DNA of 57,839 nucleotides, counting the filler, from Sphacelaria rigidula (lineage: Eukaryota): assembly GCA_964200075.2 (NCBI GenBank). It is 6 parts of 6 records of this genome, joined end to end, with 100 filler letters (N's around TTAATTAATTAA, not from the genome) between each part and the next. Parts side by side here need not be neighbours in the genome. Positions count along the whole stretch, not along the records: positions 1 to 9,557 come from CAXNAA020008225.1; positions 9,658 to 19,214 come from CAXNAA020008226.1; 4 more parts are not named here. One strand, written 5' to 3'. The notes under the pieces were generated by a model. That model was given only the letters and a program-made list of their open reading frames with translations, made no database searches and was not told where the DNA came from. Numbering within the stretch: the stretch's first letter is position 1; each line of letters starts with the position of its first letter. Shown here piece by piece: positions 1-11,943 of this stretch. The position numbers and the translations under genes are program-made.

Positions 1-59
1 CTTATGAGCCTCGTTTTTCGTGCAACCAAATACCCCTCCCCCCTATCGTAGGCTGACTC
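1..59. mobile_element. Terminus of a TIR element, family C (end reads GAGTCAGCCTACGATAGGGGGGAGGGGTATTTGG on the - strand), truncated by the window start
   Basis: Matches 38468-38506 (GAGCCATCCTACGATAGGGGTGGGGGTATTTTGG) in the opposite orientation. Confidence 0.55.
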
Positions 60-78
60 CACTAAAGTCCATTATATT

Positions 79-640
79 CCTGAGTAGGATATCGACGTGC
101 AGCTGTATGCACACGGCAGTATTACGAAGAAAAGCACACGTGTAATGGAAAATTGATCAAGTTAGAATGAAAAGTGAAACGCTTTTTCTCAGTCAACAGC
201 TGGCCCCTCAATCTCACGAAAAACATTGATTCTATTATTGCTTACCAGAATTGAAAGACTGTGCTCCCGTGTCTCCGGATCGAGCGCGTTCAACGATGCT
301 TTCGTGAGATGGAGAGTGAGAAGCGGTCACTGGATGAATGAATCAAATGTTTCAGTTCCGAAGTGCTCCTCCACGAGGCCCGATACAGTACACTTTCTGT
401 AGAACAAGCTTGCCTCTGAAGCCTTTGAAATCCCTGAGTAGGATATTGAAGTGTAGCTGTGATATCGACGTTTAGCTGAAAGATATCGACATGTAGCTGT
501 AAGCGCACGGCTACAGCGTTACAGGCAAAAACCACACACACACACATACACACACACACAACGAAAAAATGCTCAAGTTGCCGCGAATAATAAAACTCAC
601 TTTCAATCAACTCTGACTTCTCAATTTCACGAAAACACTG
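79..640. repeat. Degenerate direct repeat (about 79-230 vs about 433-640); the second copy contains a CA microsatellite
   Basis: Shared blocks CCTGAGTAGGATAT..., GCACGGC-like, TCAAGTT and CTCAAT.TCACGAAAA occur in the same order. Confidence 0.5.
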
Positions 641-810
641 TTGTTTCGGGGAAAACACGTGTACTACAGTATACAGACATGGTGCCCGCTGGTCCATCTG
701 TCGGAAAAGACGTTGAGATACTACACACAGTCGGTAGTCGGTACTACAGACAAGAACATCGACTACAGAGTTGTTGACGCACAACTGCGCTTTGCACACA
801 GAACATCATG

Positions 811-1249
811 CACGGGATCTTACAAATTGGCGATGGATCTTTTATTGGGGATGAGAAACCCGAGGAATTGAAATATTCGTATCCACACCCAATATCGAGA
901 TGTGGTTCCATTTCTTCACCTACTGATAGCTATTGACAACTGCTACACGCCATGGAAAATTGGATTTCAATCACCGAAATGTTGGGGTCCTAGGTGAAGA
1001 ACCAATTTTGGGGAATTTCGGGTGTCCGAACGGACACCAAAATGGTTCCGATATTGGTTTTTCACCTAGGACCCCAATATTTCGGGGGTCGAAATCCAAA
1101 TTTCTATGGCGTGTAGCAGTCGTCAACAGCTATCAGTAGGTGGAGAAATTGAACCATATTTCGAAGATTTGATGTGGATACGAAGATTTCAATTCTCCCG
1201 GTTTCTCATCCCCAATAAAAGATCCATCCCCAATTTGCAAGATCCCGTG
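811..1249. mobile_element. 439-bp foldback / fully palindromic MITE with CACGGG..CCCGTG ends
   Basis: Arm 811-1028 is the reverse complement of arm 1031-1249 at roughly 85% identity by eye. The loop is only AA (GGTGTCCG-AA-CGGACACC). Confidence 0.85.
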
Positions 1250-1759
1250 TTATCAGAGAGTTGAAAGTAACGTGAACGTTCATCTCCCTTGTATGTACGA
1301 CCCCGTGTGGCGGGAAGCCGCTTACATTCGACGGCGTAAAGTATGCTTGCTTGATGGCCGATTACTTGGTGTATGTGAAAACATGATCGATGCTAGGCGC
1401 ATAGCCTTTTCAAAGAACCGCTGCAGCTTCTGCCCTTGACTGTAGCAAGCTAAGGAAGGGACATGAAGCCCAAACAACAACAAAAACAGCTATTATAGTT
1501 TCAGTTTAATGGTTGTATAATGGCCCGTACCTACGCGTTCGGTGCCGCTGCTTTGCATCATTCTGTGAGTCTGTGTGCGAATGTTCACCATATGTTCCCA
1601 CCGCACATGACACGCAAACCTTCCGAGATGGAACGAATAATGCATGAGCATATCGTATGTACTCCCTCACGCGCACACGAGAGACAAAATGTTCTACAGG
1701 TGCATCACCATGTAGAGTCTGTGGCGGAAAAAAAACAGAAACATAAATAAATATATAGG

Positions 1760-1781
1760 ATATATATATATATATATATAT
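1760..1781. repeat. (AT)n microsatellite
   Basis: Seen directly. Confidence 0.9.
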
Positions 1782-2459
1782 CCACCATCATGAAGATGAA
1801 AACAATAAATTTGCTAAGAAAATCACCTACGCCACGACACGGGCAGGAGCTTAGCTGTTCTCAAGGTTCACCGACGATACCCACATTCAACGCCTATACT
1901 CGCACGTGCAGCCCCCAAAACAAAATCAGCTCAGGTAAACGGCAAACACAAGAGGCGACCGGTACCCCAGCGGCGTTCTCCCGTTGCTGCTCACCCACCA
2001 CCCTGCTACTACCGCAGTTAGTTCTGTGGCCAACATGACAGGCACTGCTACCCCACACGGACAACAGCCACTCGATAACTTTCGTTCTAGTACTCCAGGA
2101 GAGTCCACAACAACCCACTTCTTCCTACTGCCATAAAAGGTCCCAAGACAAAAACATATAGTTCAAGTGCAACATCTATTGGAGGAGCATGGCGTAGGAA
2201 AATATATTCTACAGGACGACAACAACAACTGCAGGTGCACGACAAAAAATGCTCTTCCATGATAATCCAATTCTCCGTCCAAATCTACAGATCATAATGG
2301 GTTATTACTACGGTAGTTCATAATAGTTTTCAGTTTTTTCCAAGCCAACAATCTCTCCCTGTCAGGTCAGCTCTAAAGCAAGGTGTCGCCCGTCACGTGC
2401 TCGTGTTAACACTGTCTGTCAGACACAGAGAACGCTGAGTACAGGTGACCACACTTATG

Positions 2460-2552
2460 TCAGCTATCGAGCGGCTCCGCTCGGTCCAAATCAGGCCTGA
2501 CGATGCGTGCGCTACCGATCAGCCTCTCGGGGAGCTCGTCCTCTGATTCGCC
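2460..2552 (-). CDS. EDR2-like gene, terminal exon (GESEDELPERLIGSARIVRPDLDRAEPLDS*)
   Basis: CAG acceptor at 2555-2553; 93 nt ending in TGA; carries the ELPE.LIG motif. Confidence 0.88.
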   Translation of the reverse strand, partial: GESEDELPERLIGSARIVRPDLDRAEPLDS

Positions 2553-5500
2553 CTGGTATAGGTCGTAGATCAGACACCACCGATCGATATTCGCGGGGGT
2601 GAAGGAGGTATATTTCATCATTCTCAAGGTTATCATCATGATACATGCTATTGTCGATGTTATTGGGGTACGCACTTTGCCCGAACGTGCCGCATTTTAC
2701 TACACGTAAGCAAGGCAGCAACAGATTTACATATGCTTCATTACCAAACCGCCCGGAGATTAGAAAAAAAAAACGAGTTCTCAAGCCCCATGGTTAGCCC
2801 ATAGTCGCCATCACTACACTGTAAACACGTGATGGTAGAAAGTGGAATGGTGTGCTCGTTTGCACGTGAACAGCGGCATATTTAATCTGCACAGAACCGA
2901 GCGACTTATTCATCACAGGCTACAACAAGTGTATTTGATCGATTGTTTACGATTTTTTCCAGTCGTGTGCACCTGCGACATCGCGCAAAAAGCGGTGTGA
3001 AAATGCCGCCTCAAGACAATGACGAAGACTGGATCATGACCCCATCGACATATACACCAACAGTGGCAGGCGACCTCTTGAGCAGCCAACCGTCTACAGC
3101 TTCATCCGTAGACTGTCAACGACATGAAACAACCCCAGACAATTACTCTACGTCTTCATTTGTGCCTTAGTCGTTTGACCATTGACCACGCATCCCTTTC
3201 GGAACAGACATACAGGCCAACAGAGATAGAGATGACGACATCCACGTGGAAACAGGCAGGCAGGCAGTCAGATAGACAGAGAATTGATAACCACAGCTGA
3301 GAGAGAAGGTGAGAGATGACCAGGGAGTTGGGCTGAAGAAGTGATTAATTTTTTATTTTTGGGGCGGTTGGGGGAGGGGGGGAGGGGGAGGGGGGAAGGG
3401 GGGAGGGGGGTAATCATAATCTTGCATGCCCTAGTCATGAGACCATTCCTAATAGCGACACCTCCACCTGTCATTTCGTTACTTTTCCTTTTAGGGACTG
3501 AAACGGGAGAGGGGGGGGGGGGCTGGGGGGGGAAAGAGTAGTGGAAAACAACGATAATTATCCGTGGAATAATCTATCTATTTTCGTCCACCTGCAGTCC
3601 AAATGCCAGGTCGAGCACGATGTGCTTAGCGTAACCCCCCGCCAGATGTGTAGCGTTGCTTGCAAGAGCACTCGATCCCACGTCGATGTCGACCTCGAAG
3701 TACCCGGGCCTGGCGTCGGGCGTAGACGTGAATGCAGGGAATCGGCGGTACAGAAGGTGAGCACCGCTTAGCTGTCTTCACCTGCCTTGTCTTCGTCTAA
3801 TCAATAGCACGTTTCACGATACTAGACTTTGGCATCTACATGCATCATGGACCACCTCGTGCGAATAATTGCCATGCCTACCAGGCGATATCGCACATGG
3901 GCACACAGGTTCCATTGCCCAGAAAACAGTAGTAGATTCACGATTGAATACATACACAAAAAGCATAGTGTCTATACTACCAATTATCTATCGTAATGAT
4001 TCGTGATACCTATTTGATTCAGCCCCTTACCCCGTGCCGTTGGCATCGAAGTACATCCAATGACCGTACATGCACCCCCCAGTATCGCAAACAGTTTTAT
4101 CATTTGTACATATCGGCCACCTTGGGAACGGCCACCCTCTCTGTTTCTGCCTCCTCTCTCACCTTCGGAAGTACCTGACCTGCAGCCGTCGGCCGACGAT
4201 GCACGGCTTTCCCACCGCCTTCCGCACCACCCACGGCCCCTGGAGCACGTTGGGGAACATCTTGAGCCGCCTGTTCCGGATGTCGTTGCTCGGCAGACCC
4301 CCATCCAAGTCAAGATTTATGTATCTGAGCACCGTTTGGGACGGCCAGTCAGGGGGTGCGGGGCGGGACGGCGACTTGCATGAGGGAGTCACGCGTAGCC
4401 GCCATCGCTATGCCGTCGTACCCGCAGGTGCACATGCTACACTCTGGACAATATATGGTCAATAGTTGCAATAGACAAAAAAAGGTACTGCGCAAAGTAT
4501 AGGCCTATTATTATAGGCCCATACTTCACGCAGTACATTTTTGTTAATTGCAGCTGTTGACCAGATAACATACCGTGCTCTTGATTTCAATTCTATTCTG
4601 AACACATGGAACAAGTCACGCAAAAAAATTAATACGGCAATCGCCCATCCCAACTAAACTCTTGGACAGCGAGAGAGTAGTAGATCATCTGTCGAATCGG
4701 CATCAATTTCACTTGAAAAAATTATCCATAGTCCAGATGAACTACGTTCGCGGTCCAAGGGTTAGGGACCGCTCTCATGATGTGCACGAAATAAAGCACG
4801 AGAGAGAGAGCAACAAAACAGGAGGCAAGAAACACACGAAAACACCTCTCAAAACGGTTAGTGGTGGAGTACATGGCATCAGAGCAGAGAGAGGGCAACG
4901 CACAACCCAAGCATGGAAAAAAATATTCCAACACGCTCCCCGTGATCAATCGTGTAGACCATCTCCATCACAGTGGGCATGATGGGGAGCCCAAAAACCC
5001 TCGTGCAAACGAGTACACTGATATAGCACAGTGCTAGACGTGGATCTTCCAAGGAAGCACGGCCTGGAAGCCATATGGGCTCATAGTTTACGCAAATGGT
5101 ATGGCAACACTATCCTGCAGTGCTTTCGCGCCCGGGTGGGCTAAATCAAAATGGTAACCCCATGCTCAATAGGGACGTCAGGCAGCGGATTCAAATCGGA
5201 CATGTACGGCGTTTTTTTTTTCTTCAGAATCTGGTTTCGATCGCTGAACGCGTGAGAATATAACTAGCAGCATTATTTACACAAAATCGATCAGTATTTT
5301 TGAAAGCTAGACGATCATGTCTGAGTCATCATTTTGCGGAAATTCTCCACACTCAAAAATTAGGCTATATAATTCTTGTATGTCCATTCGGTACCTGCGG
5401 AAGAGGCGAAGAAAATTCTCGTCTTCCTGCGACAACGTCCCGGCCGCCGCTGCTGCCTCTGCCTCTTGGAGGCGTACCCCCCACACCAGAACCACGCTGT

Positions 5501-7037
5501 ACGCCTTGTCACCAGGGACCTGATGACCGCAAATGCATTAATATCACACATGGGGAATGAGCGACTGTACAGTAGAGATGGCTGATGCTGCGACAATATA
5601 TACGTTTGATTCGATGTGCTGTTTAATTAATCATGGCGTAGGTTCTTGAAATGATTGTATGTCCTTTTTTTTGCGCCCTTTCCCCCCAACTAAGCTTCTC
5701 CTTTGGGTGTGGACAGCGGTACTATTATATTTTTTTCGAATCAGTTTTTTGCGTGCTTCGTACTTCGACCGTTGCGAGCAACCATCCACACTATTTTATA
5801 CCCCGGGTCAGGCTGCGACGACAATGGCTCCCATGGTTGAGTTCCAGAACAGTTTCAACCGATCGTTTCTGCCGGGGAAAGTTTGGTGTTTTTTTCCACC
5901 GGTAGACGCAACTCTTAGACGACACTTTTGGGATGCGGAATTTGTTTAAAAAAACAAAAAAACACAAGTATAACCACAAAGCAAAACAAGGGACTTAAGT
6001 GTGCCCATTTCCACAGCTACACACTTAACAATCCACATATTTGAATAGTAATAATGATGAGGAAAACGAAAACAATAACATATATTAATAATGAATTTGA
6101 GCTACAAAGAGCATTCTGGTAGGTGCACGCTGTAATCAGCAGAAAGAGTTGACTCATGGATGATGATTTTATACATGCGGTTGTGTAGACATGGTGTGCA
6201 CACCTGGATGTTGACGATGAACAGGAAGGGGGATTTCGGCCTGGCAAGCAGGGAGGACACTCTATCCCGCATGCGACCATGAGAACAAATGTCATCGACG
6301 CGGAACAGATGATGTCTGTGGGGACACAACGCGAACAGCGGCCGATGGGACAACATGAGAAAGGGTGGGGACGGACTCACAAATCCATGAATCAGTAGTT
6401 CTCATAGTGTAGCTCAGCAGTGGACCCGGGGGCCGGGCTCACTAATAAGCTATTGCAAGAGCCTTTTATGGTTTGGAAATCGCAGTATGATTTCTGCTGT
6501 CATAATCTTTCAAGATTCCAGTAGGTTTCGTGCTGTTCAATCGGTCTTCTACGGATCTTTCGTAGTGCAGGTGCCCTTTTTCGTGTAAATGTTTTGTTTC
6601 TCGCCTTCCTTTGCGGGCTGTTTGAGTTATGGGCATGGGCGGTATGCTTCGTGCACTTTGTGACCACGGGTTCGAGAGATCGAGAAAATGTGACGGAAAA
6701 AATGATAATAATAATCAGTATAATGGGGTTCGCGCGCGAAGCCCTCACCGTTAAGTCATGTAAGAGAAATTACACATTAGTCCCATAACGACATGCTTTT
6801 GCAAACACTCTCTGTAGGACATCTAATCTCTGGTTTGGGGACTCGAAACGCCTGGGAAATATCCAAGGCGTATAATATCGAAGAAACGCCTATTAGAAGG
6901 ACTGTGAATTTTGTACCTGTTCCCGTCTACCCGGAACAGATCGGCCCGAAGAAGGGAGCCGAACGCGGGACCAGCCAGAATCTTCCGCCCGTCGCGCAGG
7001 TAGCTCTGTCCCCGCACGCGCAGCCCGTGGGACTCTC
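2460..7037 (-). CDS. EDR2-like / DUF1336 (EDR2 C-terminal domain) protein, 3' part, six exons: join(7037-6917, 6315-6204, 5519-5395, 4324-4163, 3709-3592, 2552-2460)
   Basis: All five introns are GT..AG and their phases match (2,0,2,2,0). The spliced protein reads ESHGLRVRGQSYLRDGRKILAG..ADLFR..PFLFIVNIQVPGDKAYSVVLVW..DIRNRRLKMFPNVLQGPWVVRKAVGKPCIVGRRLQVRYFRRPGYFEVDIDVGSS..VLDLAFGLQGESEDELPERLIGSARI..*. This reproduces the DUF1336 motifs (F.VR..Y, VNIQVPG, RN.RLK..P.V..G.W.V, Y.E.D.D.GSS, ELPE.LIG). The 5' part was not identified. Confidence 0.9.
3592..3709 (-). CDS. EDR2-like gene exon (PGYFEVDIDVGSSALASNATHLAGGYAKHIVLDLAFGLQ)
   Basis: CAG acceptor and GT donor; 118 nt; enters in phase 2 and exits in phase 0. 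Confidence 0.9.
4163..4324 (-). CDS. EDR2-like gene exon (YINLDLDGG..RNRRLKMFPNVLQGPWVVRKAVGKPCIVGRRLQVRYFR)
   Basis: CAG acceptor and GTGAGA donor; 162 nt; DUF1336 core motif. Confidence 0.9.
5395..5519 (-). CDS. EDR2-like gene exon (VPGDKAYSVVLVWGVRLQE..ENFLRLFR)
   Basis: CAG acceptor and GTAC donor; 125 nt; completes the NIQ|VPG motif. Confidence 0.85.
6204..6315 (-). CDS. EDR2-like gene exon (HHLFRVDDICSHG..PFLFIVNIQ)
   Basis: CAG acceptor and GTGTGC donor; 112 nt; phases match both neighbouring exons. Confidence 0.85.
6917..7037 (-). CDS. EDR2-like gene exon (ESHGLRVRGQSYLRDGRKILAGPAFGSLLRADLFRVDGN)
   Basis: CAG acceptor and GTAC donor; 121 nt; start of the DUF1336 domain. Confidence 0.85.
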
Positions 7038-7048
7038 CTGCATGCAAT

Positions 7049-7343
7049 CAGGCACGCACACGCCATGTTCCATGAGTGATGTATGAAGTGGAGTCACGTT
7101 CTATACCAATGTTCTGTTTTTGTAACGTCGTATGTTTTCGTACGTGAGTGCTTCAGCAGATGACACCTGTCGTCCTCAATTGGATAACGACCCACCAGGC
7201 ACGCATACGTCATGTTCCATGAGTAACGTTGGGCGCGGAGCCACGTTCCATACCAATATTCTGTGTCTTTGTAAACGTCAAAAGGGTCCGTGCGTGAGTG
7301 CTTCAGCAGATGCCACCGTCCGTCCTCAATTGGATAACGACCC
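7049..7343. repeat. Intronic tandem duplication, 147-bp period, 2 copies
   Basis: CAGGCACGCA..GTCCTCAATTGGATAACGACCC starts at 7049 and again at 7196. Confidence 0.85.
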
Positions 7344-8025
7344 CGCCGCTAACGACCAACTCAGCATACAAAATGATTACCAATTTCATTTCCATGTTGG
7401 AGGCAGCCTTTATATACCGTGTAGGTGAATCAAGGAACATGCCTCGCCGTCTCGAGTCGATTTTGTTCCGTTACAAGTTCGAAAAGCTCAATCCTGCTCG
7501 ACGGAAAAAATGTCCTGAACAGTAATCTGAATCCAAGTAATTAAGCTGCCAGACGTGGCCAAACTTCTGAAGATGAACACTGGTTCACGTGTGGAAAATA
7601 TTTTCCTGCAGTCGGAGCAAGGGTTGTAATGTTTCCGATATTTGATCGCGAGTCAGAGAGGTCGAGCTGCTGTGATTCAGAAACACCAGTGAAGCGGCCG
7701 AGTTTTCAAAGTTTCCTCAAGACCACGCTACACCCTATAGGGAAGATGTGGGGAAATATCTGCCCACTCAACCAGTCGTTTGTGTGCATTGAAGCACTGC
7801 CGTAGCTAGTAATCAGCTTGCAGATGTCTTCGATGCTTTAATAGTGGTTTTTGGACAGGATGTAAAGTTCTTCTCCGAGGCCAAAAACCGGGGAGGGGGA
7901 GGGGGGAGAAGCTGAACTGAGAGATATGCAACCTCGATCTCAGTGAAAACTTGCGCAAGCAAACTCCGGTAACACTGCCGATGATACTCCTTTCATTCGC
8001 GATTTTGTACTGATTTTGAGTGGAC

Positions 8026-8056
8026 CGGACCCGATCGAGTTATGTGGATCTGCCTC
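8026..8056 (-). CDS. Tentative 31-nt micro-exon of the EDR2-like gene (EADPHNSIGS-G)
   Basis: Strong pyrimidine tract and TAG acceptor. A weak GTCCAC donor in phase 1 would join the phase-1 exon at 7037. The donor choice is inferred. Confidence 0.35.
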
Positions 8057-8144
8057 CTACATGTTCGCGGACCGTGTCCGGGTCGGGTCCGAGTTCGGGG
8101 AGGGAAGAAGGGAGAGAGGGAAGAGGGCGGACACGGTGTGGCAG

Positions 8145-9557
8145 TGACTATTCCAAGGGTAGGTCGAGTAGAGTATACCCAATACTCTGTATTTTCCAAG
8201 AGTCATACTTTTAGTACTCAAGTTTTGAGTAGAGTATTTGAGGCCGTACTCAATGTACTCAACAATTGAGTAGAGTATTTGAGGCCGTACTCAACCTACT
8301 CAAAATTTGAGTGGAGTATTTGAGGCCGTAATCAAGCTACTCTAATTATAAAATAAAGTATTACGGCCATAGCCAAGTGATACTCTACACTAGAGTATTA
8401 CTGAGAGTGCTTACTCAATATTTGAGTAGAGTATTTGAGTGCCGTGCTCGACCTACTCAAAGTTCGAGTAGAGTATTTGAGGCCGAACTCGACCTACTCA
8501 AAGTTCGAGTAGAGTATTTGAGGCCGTACTCGACCTACTCAAGATTTGTGTAGAGCATTCGAGGTCGTACTCAATCTACTCTAAGTTTGAGTGGAGCAGT
8601 TGAGGTCATACCCAATCTACCCGAAAATCAGGTAGAGTATCTGAGGCTGAACTTGATGTACCACCACTGTCTCTCTCATGGAGGAGTCACATGTGCGGCC
8701 AGTAGAATCGCTCATTTTTATATACTACCTATCCGACAACCCGTCTAGTCGATTACTCAATGATGATGAGTAGCGTTCTGTACTGAAAGTGATATCGAAG
8801 GGGTTGAGAGGCATGCAGTATGTACTGCCAGGGGTGGGGGCAGGTGAGCTGGGACAGGTAGGTTCATTCACCTGCACGTTGTTTTTGTTTTTTGATTACG
8901 ATCATTCGCTCATAGTCATTGTAGCCCATGACGTACCGCCACTCATGTAAGTGATGGCTATCGTTCGCCCATGTGTTCAACATGGTCTGTGAAGTGATGT
9001 CACGAAGTCGCCGATGGCCACGGTTGCTCATTATACCCAAGTGAACTCTATACTCGAGTGTTACTGAGAGTGCTTACTAAATATCTGAGTGGAGCATGGG
9101 AGGTCGTACTCGATCTACTCAGAACTTGAGTAGAGTATTTAGGGCGGTACTCGACCTGCTCAAAATGTGAGTAGAGTATTGAGGTCATACCCAAGTGATA
9201 CTCTATACTCAAGTATTACTAGGAGTGCTTACTCAATTTTTGAGTAGAGTATGGGAGGTCGTACTCAATCTACTCAATACTTGAGTAGTGTATTTGACGT
9301 CGTACTCGACCTACTCAAAATTCGAGTAGAGTATTTGAGGCCGTACTACTCAAACGTTGAGCAGAGTAAATACTTGAGTATTTTACTCGAGTACTCAATA
9401 GTATCAAATGTAGGTAGGGCAGAGTATGTAATTTTGAGTACTCGAGTGAAATACTCAAGTATTTACTCTACTCGACGTTTGAGTAGGTCGAGTACGGCCT
9501 CAAATACTCTACTCAAATATTGAGTAAGCACTTTCGGTAATACTCGAGTATAGAGTA
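8145..9557. repeat. 41-bp minisatellite array (consensus about TTYGAGTAGAGTATTTGAGGCCGTACTCGACCTACTCAAAG) with a unique insert at about 8660-9035 and an orientation switch at about 9399-9433
   Basis: Period 41 (8227/8268 and 8463/8504). Units after 9434 are reverse-complemented. The array runs into the contig end. Confidence 0.85.
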
Positions 9558-9657
9558 NNNNNNNNNNNNNNNNNNNNNNNNNNNNNNNNNNNNNNNNNNN
9601 NTTAATTAATTAANNNNNNNNNNNNNNNNNNNNNNNNNNNNNNNNNNNNNNNNNNNN
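9558..9657. other. Artificial 100-nt contig linker (N44-TTAATTAATTAA-N44)
   Basis: Six-frame stop linker; identical at all five gaps. Confidence 0.97.
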
Positions 9658-11914
9658 CCGCTCCGCCCGTGAGCTTCAATCCTAACGCTGCGGTGTACTC
9701 AAATCTCATCTGTGGGGGAGGGGGCCATAGCGCTATGATGTGGGATCCACGTTGGAGACATTTCTTAACTACTACAGGCTACTACAGGCTATAAGATATT
9801 GACCGAGGCGTAGAGAAAATGGCGTTCCACTCAGATGGGGCTATGCGGGTTGTGACGATTGGGCGGGTCACTCCAGTGAAAGAGGGGGGGGGTTGGAAGC
9901 GAGACGAAACAAAAGCGAGAAATCATCACCTGGTTGACCTGGACGTCGAACTTGAGCGTCGGAGCGTTCTCAGCCGCCGGTAGGCTTTCGCATGACAGTG
10001 CTCCCAGCTGAATCGAGCTCAATACTGTCGTCACGAGCAACGGGTGGGAAACGAGGAGCATATTAACACGCGCCTATACTACTACGGTACAATCGTGTAC
10101 TTCGACACCATCCTTGTTGTACTTTCAAGGTTGTTGACAACTGCGGGATCTCGTCTCACGATGAACTATGTTCTTCGGAGGAATGCAAAATCCAAGCGGG
10201 CCCATACTCACAACGCACGCACAATGATAGTAGGGTACGATCGTGTCCCTTGTTCAAGACATCATGGCTGTCGTTTTGTTTCCAAGCTCGCAGGGGACTA
10301 CCAGATCCCGTCTCATGACAAAACTTTCTTGGGAAAAGGATAAAGGTGAACACTGACTCACGAGTCGACAGTTGTATGGGTGTGTGTACTTATACAAGGG
10401 TTACCCCAGGGGGAGCTAACGCCCCCCCTGGCTCGTGTCAGGAAACGTAGGTGATCGAGGGATGGGGTAAGGGGAGGAAGTGGAGTGTGAAGTTTGAAGA
10501 GGAGGTCGTTTTCCAAGTTTTGAAACGATTATTTGAACTTTCTTTGATGGATGCGGTACTATCTTGGCGTGGGCGCCAGTGGTGTTCCCCACTGTGGCAA
10601 CGGACAGAGCATGTTCGGGTTGCTGTCCCGACTTTAAACATCCCGCTTTGATTCGGTGTCGGTACCCTGAGCGGACTTCTATCAACTAAGATCGCAGAAG
10701 AATCGGACACTATGCTCAAGAACGACGCAGCAAGAGTTTTAAAATGTCGTGCATCCATGTCAGATGTCCGGTGTCAGATGTCAGATGATATGGAGGTTTG
10801 TGTCACCAATGAAAGTATTAGCACTATCATGACGCCCAATTGACTCCTCGTATACCCAAAACTTGACAAGTTAAAATCCCATGAACAATTTTCGGTCGGA
10901 GATTCGTCGGTACAGCATGCTGCAACCCCTCTTCCTTTATCCCTCGATGAAGATCCATTTTCATCTTATTCAAAGTGCAACAGTAACTTCGAGTAGAGTG
11001 ATTCGCCGCCGCACAGTGCTTTCTCCTTCCTTTCCAAGACCAAGAGAAGAGGTCATAGAACGTAAGGTTCCGTCAAGCATCACACCGAAACGAACTGTCG
11101 GTCGGAAATGCATCTGCGTTACATCACAGTGCAGCCCCACTGGTCCGATCCCGCAATACAGTCTCATGTCTTCATATTTCAAATATAGAGTACAGCGTCA
11201 AGTTCCTTCGACAGCAATCGCCCGCTACGGTGCAACACGAAAACTCTCGGGGGATAGACAAAATAGCGTATACTTTATGGTTTTAGGAACAAACGAGATT
11301 GGGCACTTTTCTGTTCGGGAGGCGCCGAAACTTGTTTTGAAGGTGCCCAGCTTGCGTGTAGCCCCGCGCCCCGAACCGAAACGTACACCACCCTTTTTTG
11401 TTCACAAAAACCGCAGGGTGTACCCTATCATGCATATCCTCAAATTTCTTCGACGTCTCTGACCCCGCTTTGTTTTCAAAGTCAAGGCTCGATGACAAGC
11501 TTCAACGCAGCATTTCGAAATGGAGCGTTCTCCGAGGTCAAGTGCCATTCTACATGGGGTAGCATGTACATATATGATTTTCCCCCGTCACAGATGCACC
11601 CTCCCCCCTTCCTCGAGACGAGTCTGTGGTCTCAAGGGATCAGCTCATCTCATTCCCGGTGCACGGCGTTGCGTTTGGCATCGCGAACTGAATTAGGAAT
11701 CCAGCACTGCGTCGATTCTCATCAGACGACCGATCATTTTGACCCGCGTCCTCAAGCTTTTAACGACACGAATCTGAAAATTCTCAGAAAAAAACGAACG
11801 AGTAATGTCACGGTAGAGATGCAGTTTTCCAGTCCAAACTTTTTCCGAGGCTGCACACTAAGGCTCAGACATTTGTAAAAGAGAGGATCCTACAGCAAAG
11901 AGCTTTTCAGAAAA

Positions 11915-11943
11915 AAAAGTGCACCCCTGCGGTGGCATTGCTC
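11915..11943. mobile_element. Solo TIR of the Sola2-like MITE family A
   Basis: AAAAGTGCACCCCTGCGGTGGCATTGCTC matches the right TIR at 12885-12913; no partner TIR was found. Confidence 0.6.

Noticed and set aside
8145-9557. 41-bp palindromic repeats as a CRISPR array
   Set aside because: The units are contiguous with no unique spacers, there are no cas genes, and the context is eukaryotic.
9930-10007. Exon-like segment LGALSCESLPAAENAPTLKFDVQVNQ as an upstream exon of the EDR2-like gene
   Set aside because: It lies across an artificial linker on a different contig and has no homology support.
10881-11462. 193-aa plus-strand ORF
   Set aside because: No recognisable motif or splice structure; likely spurious.
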